NCBI GenBank assembly: GCA_900752975.1
Contig: CAADXH010000018.1
Span: forward strand, 124,695 to 188,694
DNA length: 64,000 bases
From: Bacilli bacterium
GTDB taxonomy: Bacteria > Bacillota_I > Bacilli_A > ML615J-28 > CAG-313
Direction of reading: 5' to 3'
Under the pieces are notes generated by a model, which had not been told where the DNA came from, ran no database searches, and saw only the letters and a program-made list of their open reading frames with translations. The translations under genes and the position numbers were made by a program. Shown piece by piece: positions 1 through 8,543 of this stretch (the first letter of the stretch is position 1; each line of letters starts with the position of its first letter).

Positions 1-938
1 TTATCAGAATCAATCCATACACCTTGACCCATTAAGAAACTCATATTTTTAACTTTACGTTTTGCTTGAATCTCAAATCTTTCAAGAAGTTGTTTCTTGG
101 AGAGTTCTAGATATTTGTCTAATAATTTATAGAATTTTTCTTCATTGCCATCAGCTGTAAGAGCAAGCATTGGAAGATTAATTGTAGTAAAAGACAAATT
201 GCCTCTTCCATAAGCAACTTCTCTTTCAGGATCATATACATTCCCCATTACTCTAGTCCGGCATCCCATACAAGCTACTTCAGTTTCAGGATGTCCTGGT
301 TTATAATATTGCTTATTGAAAGTAGCATCTTCGAAAATATAATTTGGAAAAAGTCGCTTTGCAGTTACTCTATATGATAATTGAAGTAAGTCATGATTAG
401 GATCATGAAGTTTATAATTTACACCATCCTTTACTTTAAAGATTACAATTGGAAAGATAGCTGTTTCTCCATTACCAAGTCCAGCTTCCATAGCAAGTAA
501 CAAATTCTTAGTAACCATTCTACCTGCATTACTTGTATCAGTACCCAGGTTGATCGAACTAAAGGGAACTTGAGCACCTGCACGTGAATGTAAAGTGTTA
601 AGATTATGAACTAATCCTTCCATAGCTTGATAACAAGCTCTTTCTGTATCTTTAACAGAATCTTCTATAATATCAAAATCAGTATCGTCAAAAATTGATC
701 TAAGTCGAACACCACCAAGTAACTCATCTAACACAGAGTTATCAGATTCAATATAGCCATTAATTTTTTCAATAATCTCTTTATGACTCTCACTATAATA
801 TCCATGATCCCAAAAATAATTAAGATGAGACTTATCATAGTCCATATATCTATAAAGGTTATTTTTTAATGCTTTTCTAAACGTCTTATAAATGCCAGGA
901 GCCATGGCGTAATCAAAATTAGGTATTGCCTGCCCACC
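1..938 (-). CDS. nrdD: anaerobic ribonucleoside-triphosphate reductase NrdD, exon 2 (C-terminal part; continues beyond window start)
   Basis: Reverse-strand translation reads GGQAIPNFDYAMAPGIYK...HSRAGAQVPFSSINLGTD...VACMGCRTRVMGN..., typical class III RNR core motifs. It is in frame with exon 1 once 939-1276 is removed. It is absent from the ORF track only because no stop falls inside the window. Confidence 0.8.
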
Positions 939-1276
939 CTGTCAATCACTACAATCAACAGGACTATATCACGAACTTCACCTTCAAGTGGTCAGTTCCC
1001 AACGCACTTCGGAGCTGTATCAATCTCAGCCCTAACGATACTCGGTTACTCGGTCTTCTTATGCAAGACCTACCCTTTTTCTAGTCTCTAGACCTTCAAT
1101 GTATTATTATAATATAAAGCTTGGCACAGGATTCTTGCGGGCTCATTCCCTGTTAGCAAAAGAATTAATATATCATTTCCTATATAAGTCTAAACGATTC
1201 TTTCACACCTCGCTGATAAACGAGTTCACGTTGCTTTGCAATTATATATTTCTATATAATGGCACAGTTATCTTCT
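939..1276 (-). ncRNA. group I self-splicing intron interrupting nrdD (no homing-endonuclease ORF)
   Basis: 338 nt separates two in-frame NrdD halves. The preceding exon ends in U (..CAU) and the intron ends in G (..UUGACAG) directly before exon 2 (GGU GGG CAG). The intron RNA carries R-like (AAGGUCUAGAGACUAG) and S-like (GUGAUAUAGUCC) conserved elements whose AGACUA/UAGUC segments can form P7, plus a P/Q-like pair (CAGGGAAUGAGCC / GAAUCCUGUGCC). No ORF of 60 aa or more on the sense strand. Confidence 0.75.
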
Positions 1277-1969
1277 ATGCTGATCGTTCTGATTACTTTG
1301 AATAGCAATAGCTGCAAGGGTAGCATAAGAACCAATAGAATTTGGTTCTCTTAAATGTCCATGACCAGTATTAAAACCACCTTTAAATAGCTTTAGGCAG
1401 TCAATCTGACAACAAGTAAGTGTTAAAGCATAAAAGTCTAAATCATGAATATAGATAAATCCATCAGTATGTGCTTTTGCAATATCTTTACTAATCATAT
1501 TATTCAGATAGTAATTCTTAGATACATTAGAACCAATCTGTAACATTGTACCCATTGGAGAATCGCCATCAATATTACCATTATCACGTTTAAGGTCACT
1601 GCTATTTGCTTCATGGTTCAACAATTCTGAAATAGATTTAGAGATAGAATCTCTTGTATTTCGAATCTCATTTCTCTTATGTCTATATAAGATATATTCT
1701 TTTGCAGTGTCTGCATATTCACACTTAATAAGAGTTCGTTCAACAATATCTTGAATATCTTCCACATTTATTAAATCTGTAGTATCAGATACACACTTCT
1801 GCTTTGACATAATGGTAATTGCGTTAGTAAGTTTATTACAAATTGATGCATCGAATTTCTCACTATCTGCATGAGAAGCTTCGACTGCTTTCTTAATTGC
1901 ATTGAAGATTTTGGTTTTATCAAAATCCACAATGCTTCCATTCCGTTTTACTACTTTAATCTTATCCAT
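1277..1969 (-). CDS. nrdD: NrdD exon 1 (ATP-cone and N-terminal part)
   Basis: MDKIKVVKRNGSIVDFDKTKI... is an ATP-cone. SD AAAGGAGG lies 6 nt upstream of the ATG at 1969. The ORF-track C-terminus ..NDQHRR* is read-through into the intron; the exon ends after His (CAT, 1277). Confidence 0.8.
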
Positions 1970-2109
1970 ACTATGGACCTCCTTTAATAATTTTACATAT
2001 AAGTTATCATCTAAGTCAATAAAAAATAAGCAAAAAATAAACACCAACGTACATATAACGTACGTTGGTGAATATTCTTAAACTATCTTATACTATCTTT
2101 TGAGATACT

Positions 2110-3204
2110 TTATTTGTCGCATTTATCCTTGTCATCGCAACGACTACAGATAAGATTATTTTTATTTGGAGCAGCTCCATTAGGACAATCCTCATAAAAA
2201 TGATGTTGTTGTTTAGGATAAAAAGGATATTGTTGTGTAGGTGTCAAAGATCTAATTATCTGGTCAATAACATCTATATTCTTATTAACAACATCTGTAT
2301 TCTTACTTTCATCTATATTTATATAGATTCTGTAAATCGTATGCTCATAAGATGTTCCTAAAAATTTTTGAGTAATCGATACATTATCAACAACTAAGTC
2401 TTTAAGCCTTTCACTGATCACCTTATTTTCAATATTTATTTTAGAATAAGCAAGGATATAAGAAACCAAATCAACTTCGTTATATTTACGCTTTAAAATT
2501 AATTTTATTTCAAAAGACTCAATTTTTTGTTTTTCATTGGTTAAATGAATACGTTCTATCGCCTCTTCAACTGATTTACCGATTATATTTGTAATTATAG
2601 GTGTTCCTGCAATTATTTCAGGTACGTCAGATTCTGCGTTTATAGTTTGAGGTTTATTTGTCTTCTCTGGCTTTTGTTTATTCGTCTCAGACTTATCCAA
2701 TTCAGGGAACAATTGTTCAACACAAATTGTTTCCTTAGAGGCTTGATAAATACGTTCCATTGTAACGTTCGATACATCGGAAAGTGTTCCAAATGTAAAG
2801 CCTTTTCCATAGAGCTTATCATTGATTATTCCTGCGATGTTAGCATAACAATGATCTCTTGGAACAATGTTATCTTCAGTTCCATTATATAAAGGAATGA
2901 ATACCTTCATATTATTTGGAAGATACTTAATAGCTTCTTTCAAATCACCGATTGTCATGTTTTTCGATTCCGTAAGGTCTGGAACAAAGTCATTATCCTT
3001 CTTACTCTTTACCTTTACACACAGTGTATCTGGAGAGAAAGGACTAATACCAATCACTTCATGATTCAAATAATCAGAAATGATATTGGTAGTTACTGCT
3101 GTAGCTCCATTCTTGTATTGTTCAGATACAATAATATCTGTACTTTCGATCATTCCACTGTTGATAACGTCCTTCAGTGTTACCATTTTCTTGTTGTTGT
3201 TCAT
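2110..3204 (-). CDS. hypothetical protein, paralog of 3222-3911 (shared N-terminal ~30 aa); Cys-rich C-terminus
   Basis: SD GGAGGAA precedes the third ATG (MNNNKKMVTLKDV...). The N-terminus and the SD region are conserved at DNA level with the next gene. Confidence 0.6.
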   Translation of the reverse strand: MNNNKKMVTLKDVINSGMIESTDIIVSEQYKNGATAVTTNIISDYLNHEVIGISPFSPDTLCVKVKSKKDNDFVPDLTESKNMTIGDLKEAIKYLPNNMKVFIPLYNGTEDNIVPRDHCYANIAGIINDKLYGKGFTFGTLSDVSNVTMERIYQASKETICVEQLFPELDKSETNKQKPEKTNKPQTINAESDVPEIIAGTPIITNIIGKSVEEAIERIHLTNEKQKIESFEIKLILKRKYNEVDLVSYILAYSKINIENKVISERLKDLVVDNVSITQKFLGTSYEHTIYRIYINIDESKNTDVVNKNIDVIDQIIRSLTPTQQYPFYPKQQHHFYEDCPNGAAPNKNNLICSRCDDKDKCDK

Positions 3205-3221
3205 TTTAGTTTCCTCCATTT

Positions 3222-3911
3222 TCATTTTGTTTTATAGGTTTTGTTTACGTATGCGGATAAATATAAAAGTGCTTTATTGAAAGCATCTTTATTTTTATTT
3301 AGATCTACACAAATAAGGTAATCATTTTCAGGAGTTCTATATAATTTATCAACTCCCAAAATATTAACAAGTTTAGTTGTTTCATCAATCACTACTTCAT
3401 CAGAATAAATCTTGGTATCAGTACAATGAAGACTATTAAATAGATAGGAGTATAAATTAACATAATGAGGTATTGGATTATCAACAAATAAGGTTAAGTT
3501 AATATTTTTAGATTTTACCCCACCATCAAGAAGGTATTTTATCATTCCTCTAGCAGTCTCATTGTTATTAAACGACAACGAGATAGAATTATCCATTGTC
3601 CTAGTATAGTAATCACCGTTACTCACTACCATATTCCGAAAATCATCCTCATTAAGATTATTCGTTACACGAAAATTTACGGTTGAAATGTTTATAATTA
3701 ATTCAGCAAATCCAATTGGATTTGGACTAACAATTATAGATATAACTTCACAATCATGAAACTTATCAAAATTAGAAGTAAGATCAAGTGATTCATCTTC
3801 ATAATTTTTTAAGTCAGCATCATAAAGGGAAAACCCGTTTGTCATTTTTTCGATAACACCACTATCAATATAGTCCTTCAGTGTTACCAACTTCTTTTTG
3901 TCGTTGTTCAT
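3222..3911 (-). CDS. hypothetical protein, paralog of 2110-3204
   Basis: MNNDKKKLVTLKDYIDSGVIE... versus MNNNKKMVTLKDVINSGMIE.... SD GGAGGAA. Confidence 0.6.
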   Translation of the reverse strand: MNNDKKKLVTLKDYIDSGVIEKMTNGFSLYDADLKNYEDESLDLTSNFDKFHDCEVISIIVSPNPIGFAELIINISTVNFRVTNNLNEDDFRNMVVSNGDYYTRTMDNSISLSFNNNETARGMIKYLLDGGVKSKNINLTLFVDNPIPHYVNLYSYLFNSLHCTDTKIYSDEVVIDETTKLVNILGVDKLYRTPENDYLICVDLNKNKDAFNKALLYLSAYVNKTYKTK

Positions 3912-3975
3912 TTTAGTTTCCTCCATAAGATAAATATTTAAGACATCTCTGTCTTATTACCTAAATAGTATATAA

Positions 3976-4287
3976 TTAAAGATCAATTTCGGCTTCTTTC
4001 TTTTGTTTCTTGGGTTTACCTAATTCCGAATGAGGTGTATCACCATAATCTTCTAAATCCCGTAAATGCTGACGTTCTATTAAGTCTACTTCTTCTTTCG
4101 TTCGTCTCTTATTACAATATTTATATCGAAAATCACCTATTGAAAGTTCCGGTTCTAAAGATTCAGTAAAAATAAATATGCTTGTTCCCCAATCATCAAT
4201 GCAAAGTATTTCACAATCTAAATATGGCTCATAACCATTAGAAAGGTCTAAACTTAAACACAAACAAAAATTTTCAGCGTATCCCAT
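3976..4287 (-). CDS. hypothetical protein; possibly the 3' part of a frameshifted gene that starts at 4442
   Basis: No SD before the ATG at 4287. An SD-preceded short ORF (MHVNEKMKEIAELFEKRKKEGKK, start 4442) is open in the -1 frame across an A-rich tract (4367-4398) and would fuse to this ORF. Confidence 0.45.
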   Translation of the reverse strand: MGYAENFCLCLSLDLSNGYEPYLDCEILCIDDWGTSIFIFTESLEPELSIGDFRYKYCNKRRTKEEVDLIERQHLRDLEDYGDTPHSELGKPKKQKKEAEIDL

Positions 4288-4530
4288 TTCTCGATTGTGA
4301 GGATCTATTAAATCAACGCCAGTCTCTTCAATTGCATCGAGATAACCGGAATCTTTAAAAAATCTTAGTGTCGTTTTTTGCCTTCTTTCTTTCTTTTTTC
4401 AAACAATTCAGCAATTTCCTTCATTTTTTCATTTACGTGCATAATTCTACACCCTTTCGATAATATATTTATATAAAAGTATCTGATGAAATAAAAAATA
4501 ACAAGGATACAATTAAGTATCCTTGTATTC

Positions 4531-5310
4531 TTATACACAGTACATGATTGGTTGGTTTTCATTTGCAGGGTTTACATATCCGTCACGAAGTGTACTAATA
4601 AAATCATCTCTTCTACTTGCCCAGTTTTCTATATAACTTAGTTTCAAATCTACTCCGGCAAACACTGTTTCCAACCCATCATAATGCTGAAGATAAGCTA
4701 CTAGAAAATTAGCTACATCAGCAGTTGCAAGATTCTCAAAAAGTTCCATTTGGGTAGGCGGTATCGTAGATAAATTTGATGGATGAGTTACAAATACATC
4801 CAATGGAATTTCTCCAAGACCACCAGTAATATCACCATGAGTTGCACTTTGTAGTCTTACCATATTTGGAAATTTAAAGTCAATAAAGATACTATTGTTA
4901 AATACTGATGTAAGGTCAGCTCTTGCTTGTAATAGCATTACATCATCCATAGAATAACTATTATAAGCAGATAAATAGTCATAATATCCGATACCAGATT
5001 GCTGAGCCATACCACCATCGTTTTGCCCATATACATCCCAAGCAATATCTCTAACACCAAGAATTTCAGCACCACCAAGTAAGTCTGTATTGATTACATA
5101 GTAATCACCTTTCTTATTTTTTGGATCTCTTGTATCAATCTTGATTCTTACCATATGAGGAATATATCTAGAAAATGTAAGAAGTGTATCAGGAATAATT
5201 GTCTCATCAACCCATTTATCTTTCGCAATATCTTCGGGAAGCATTAGAGGTTTTGTTCCCAATCTACGCTCAATCTTATTAAGAAGAATATTCATTTTAT
5301 TAAAAGCCAT
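4531..5310 (-). CDS. hypothetical protein
   Basis: SD GGAAGGAG precedes MAFNKMN...; 259-aa ORF. Confidence 0.6.
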   Translation of the reverse strand: MAFNKMNILLNKIERRLGTKPLMLPEDIAKDKWVDETIIPDTLLTFSRYIPHMVRIKIDTRDPKNKKGDYYVINTDLLGGAEILGVRDIAWDVYGQNDGGMAQQSGIGYYDYLSAYNSYSMDDVMLLQARADLTSVFNNSIFIDFKFPNMVRLQSATHGDITGGLGEIPLDVFVTHPSNLSTIPPTQMELFENLATADVANFLVAYLQHYDGLETVFAGVDLKLSYIENWASRRDDFISTLRDGYVNPANENQPIMYCV

Positions 5311-5354
5311 ATATAACACTCCTTCCGTTATATTATAATGATGTTCAAGACAAA

Positions 5355-5390
5355 AAATAAGGGTGGATTTTCATCCACCCCATTTTTTTA
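5355..5390 (-). terminator. rho-independent terminator (symmetric; A-run/T-run on both sides)
   Basis: GGGTGGAT-TTTC-ATCCACCC hairpin flanked by AAAAAATAA and CATTTTTTTA, downstream of the gene ending at 5417. Confidence 0.7.
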
Positions 5391-5416
5391 ATTAATTGAT
5401 ATAAGTTATCTTTATA

Positions 5417-6433
5417 TCAGATATTAGATTCTTGTCTTTCTTGATAAGCAGGATAGATCTTCTTATCATCTGTGAGAATAGCATGCTTAAGTTGAAACTC
5501 ATTCTTAAGAATAATAGAAATCCTATGCTTAACGTCATCTGCTGAATAATGATCAGGTATAAGATACTTAAATGATTGTCTAAACGAATCCATTACAAGT
5601 GTTCCACAAATTTCATATATTTCTTCTTGTGAAACTCCTCTTCCAAAAGATAAAAGCATATTCCTAATTTTCTTAAAGACTATGCTATCCAAAATCTTTT
5701 CATAGTCATACGCGGAATACGTACAATTAACTGTTTCAACAGTTCCTGATGTTCTTGGTATGAGTTCATCATCTGTTGGAATACTGCGTACAGAATACTT
5801 TTGATTTAAAAGACAGGTAGTAAATCCTGGAATCATATAACCATTCATTACATCATATATAGACAAATCTCCGAAAATGATATAACGAATCCGATCAAAC
5901 TCTTTACGAGTAATACACTGGTATCCAAAAATATCTTCAAATTCTATCAAGAATAAATAACTTTCCTTATGGAATTTATCCAATCTATATTGATCGAGTA
6001 ATTTCTGAAGAAAGGTACTATTTGTATCAGAACTAAAAACACCATAATCGATTCTACACTTACTGTATTCCCTTCTGATATCGATGATATCATAATCTTT
6101 TACCAATTCTGGATTATAATCATTGAACGAAAATACAGAAAGCTCTTTAATAATATTTTCTTTGATTGTTTCATCTCCAAGTGAATACTCAGCCAGTTTA
6201 GGAAATGATAACCTCCTTATAGTGTTAGTTAATTCCTTATTCTTACCAATAGTGTTCAAAATAGTCTTTCCATTTTTATCAATGAAATTGAGATGATCAA
6301 TAATAGCTAAAGCTGCAGCATCATACATCTCCTTTAAAGACATATCTTCCTTAATACCATAACGTCTTATTATTGCCGTCATGATTCCATTAAAGATGGT
6401 TGTTGTTCTTGCGTTTCTCTTTGTTGTTTTCAT
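5417..6433 (-). CDS. hypothetical protein, paralog B1; C-terminal 31 aa copied from the DNA polymerase KKxY/thumb region
   Basis: Paralogous to 6499-7422 (MKT[TA]KRNART.TIFN..., YMIPG, ELIP.TSGTV.TVN, KNMLLSFGRG.SQEEIY.ICG). Its tail ILKNEFQLKHAILTDDKKIYPAYQERQESNI is close to identical to the polymerase residues encoded at 55378-55470. Confidence 0.65.
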   Translation of the reverse strand: MKTTKRNARTTTIFNGIMTAIIRRYGIKEDMSLKEMYDAAALAIIDHLNFIDKNGKTILNTIGKNKELTNTIRRLSFPKLAEYSLGDETIKENIIKELSVFSFNDYNPELVKDYDIIDIRREYSKCRIDYGVFSSDTNSTFLQKLLDQYRLDKFHKESYLFLIEFEDIFGYQCITRKEFDRIRYIIFGDLSIYDVMNGYMIPGFTTCLLNQKYSVRSIPTDDELIPRTSGTVETVNCTYSAYDYEKILDSIVFKKIRNMLLSFGRGVSQEEIYEICGTLVMDSFRQSFKYLIPDHYSADDVKHRISIILKNEFQLKHAILTDDKKIYPAYQERQESNI

Positions 6434-6498
6434 AATAATTCTCCAATCTGTGTTTTAACGTCTTTATCACCTGACATATTATTTATTTAACCTTTTCT

Positions 6499-7422
6499 TT
6501 ATATCTCATCTTTGAACAAGTCTCTACCCTTTAATACCGAATAATAATCGGACACAAGATGTTTTAGCGATGGATTGAGTATATACACAAATGATCCACA
6601 AATATCATATATTTCTTCTTGTGAAAGTCCCCTTCCAAAAGATAAAAGCATGTTCTTAATTTTCTTAAAGACTATGCCATTCAGAATCTTTACATAATTA
6701 ACTGTTGAAACAGTTCCTGATGTTTTTGGTATAAGTTCATCATCTATTACTTTAGAGATAACTCCCTTATCACCATATCTAGATGCGATTTTACCATCAT
6801 CATTTGTTGGAATACTGTGTACAAAATACTTTTGCTTTAAAAGGCAGATAACATGTCCTGGAATCATATAACCATTCATTACGTCATATATTACATCATC
6901 ACTAAAAGTGATATAACGGATTCGATCAATTTGCTTACGAGTAAGGAACTGATATCCAAAGATTGTTTCGAAAAGAATCAATGCTCTGTAATTCTTTTCC
7001 TGATGTGCTCTCCGAATATAATCCTTACACAAGTCTCGAATAAAGTAAGATTCAGATAAGTTATCAATTCTATCAATCAGATATGAAATGAATGTATCAT
7101 TATCAAATTGATTGATATCAAATTTGTGGATGTCAATAAAGAACTGTCTAGTTTCAGGATTTATAACTTTGATATAGTTATCAGAATCAACCAAAGATAC
7201 TCTTCTTCCCTTGTTAATCAAGTCCTTATTTGGTCCAAAGGTATTATATATAACCTTTCCGTCTGCATCAAGGAAATGGAATATAAAATCATCCTTTTCT
7301 TCCAAGATGTCGTACACCGAACGCAATTTTCTTTTTCTATAAATACCATACATAGAAGTTACTGCGTGCATAACATTGTTAAAGATGGTTACGGTTCTTG
7401 CGTTTCTCTTTGCTGTTTTCAT
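6499..7422 (-). CDS. hypothetical protein, paralog B2
   Basis: Same family as 5417-6433. The upstream ~45 nt, including a conserved 15-codon mini-ORF, is also duplicated. Confidence 0.65.
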   Translation of the reverse strand: MKTAKRNARTVTIFNNVMHAVTSMYGIYRKRKLRSVYDILEEKDDFIFHFLDADGKVIYNTFGPNKDLINKGRRVSLVDSDNYIKVINPETRQFFIDIHKFDINQFDNDTFISYLIDRIDNLSESYFIRDLCKDYIRRAHQEKNYRALILFETIFGYQFLTRKQIDRIRYITFSDDVIYDVMNGYMIPGHVICLLKQKYFVHSIPTNDDGKIASRYGDKGVISKVIDDELIPKTSGTVSTVNYVKILNGIVFKKIKNMLLSFGRGLSQEEIYDICGSFVYILNPSLKHLVSDYYSVLKGRDLFKDEI

Positions 7423-7532
7423 AATAATTCTCCAATCTGTGTTTTAACGTCCTTACCACCCGACATGTGATTAAAATTTATCAGCATCGTCCTCATCATC
7501 AATGAATACTTTACCTGTCGGTTTCATCTCTT

Positions 7533-7946
7533 TCATTTCAGATTCAAATGATGTTTTTTGAGCTTCTTATTGTAATAGAATGATTCTAAAGGGTTAATCC
7601 AATAAGATTCAACATTTGTATGAATATGAAGGATTTTATGACCACTACAAGGAACATAGTACAAATTACATTTTGTAAAGATTCCTGCAAGTTCTGGTTC
7701 CATTTCCTTTACCCGATAAATGATAAAGGAAATAGCTTCTGTCGAATTTTTGAAAATGTATGATAAAGAATCGCTACATTTCATAAAAACTTCTTCATCA
7801 CCAAACACTTTCATAGCGTCGGTAATCAAATTACTGCGTCCTATCACGCTTTCTAAGTCATAATCAAACACTTTCATAGTACCGGTAATCAAATTACTGT
7901 GTTCTATCATGCTTTCTAGGTCATAGTTCTTGTCAAAAATTTTCAT
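7533..7946 (-). CDS. hypothetical protein with N-terminal tandem ~20-aa repeats
   Basis: SD AAGGAGAGG precedes MKIFDKNYDLESMIEHSNLITGTM / KVFDYDLESVIGRSNLITDAM / KVFGDEEVF; 7790-7930 forms a DNA tandem repeat. Confidence 0.6.
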   Translation of the reverse strand: MKIFDKNYDLESMIEHSNLITGTMKVFDYDLESVIGRSNLITDAMKVFGDEEVFMKCSDSLSYIFKNSTEAISFIIYRVKEMEPELAGIFTKCNLYYVPCSGHKILHIHTNVESYWINPLESFYYNKKLKKHHLNLK

Positions 7947-8014
7947 TTTAACCTCTCCTTTGTTTTGTGTTTCGAATAACATTTTCTTCTGCTATTCATA
8001 TAAATAGTATATAA

Positions 8015-8054
8015 TTTTTTAAAAGATTAATAGGGTAGAATTTAATCTACCCTA
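8015..8054 (-). terminator. rho-independent terminator
   Basis: TAGGGTAGA-loop-TCTACCCTA hairpin, with a T-run on the minus strand, downstream of 8060-8353. Confidence 0.6.
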
Positions 8055-8059
8055 TTATC

Positions 8060-8353
8060 TTATTGCGTAATCTTAATAATCAGTTTATCATTATCTGGCA
8101 TTACGGTTAATACTTTATAAGCATAACCATAAATAATTACATCCTGTTCTTTTGGTAATGTATTAATTATATCTTCTTTCGATACTCCAGAAATATCATA
8201 TACAACACAAGTACCATCTGTACATGCACTAACTGAATATGATGAATTCTTTAGTAATGAATATAGAATCATATTTTGATTAATATAATTAATGACATAA
8301 TCGACGAGGTTAATACCAGATATATTCTTTGTAAAACTCAGTATATCTTCCAT
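8060..8353 (-). CDS. hypothetical protein
   Basis: SD GAAGGAGG; 97 aa. Confidence 0.55.
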   Translation of the reverse strand: MEDILSFTKNISGINLVDYVINYINQNMILYSLLKNSSYSVSACTDGTCVVYDISGVSKEDIINTLPKEQDVIIYGYAYKVLTVMPDNDKLIIKITQ

Positions 8354-8496
8354 TATGGTATTAATCCTCCTTCTTCTAATGCATCTTCCATCTCTTCAGC
8401 CTGAATCTGTTGTTTGCCTTCTTCAGATTTCATCTTTTCATATGCAATTGTATATAAAACCTGAAGCATCGCACAAGGCATTTCATATAATTCCAT
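8353..8496 (-). CDS. small hypothetical protein (47 aa), translationally coupled to 8060-8353
   Basis: MELYEMPCAMLQVLYTIAYEKMKSEEGKQQIQAEEMEDALEEGGLIP*. Its TAA overlaps the downstream ATG (TAATG). Weak SD. Below the ORF-track length cutoff. Confidence 0.3.
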   Translation of the reverse strand: MELYEMPCAMLQVLYTIAYEKMKSEEGKQQIQAEEMEDALEEGGLIP

Positions 8497-8543
8497 TAGA
8501 GTAATTCTACCTTTATAATAGGTTGAAATTTGTTCTAATCTCC

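Noticed and set aside
1099-1305. 68-aa plus-strand ORF
   Set aside because: It lies entirely inside the antisense of the nrdD group I intron and exon boundary, has no SD, and has low-complexity composition. It is a spurious ORF.
2640-3280. Several 60-80 aa ORFs on both strands (2640-2822, 2647-2892, 2867-3064, 3080-3280)
   Set aside because: These are shadow ORFs inside or antisense to the well-supported 2110-3204 gene, with Leu/Ile/Phe-rich AT-driven composition.
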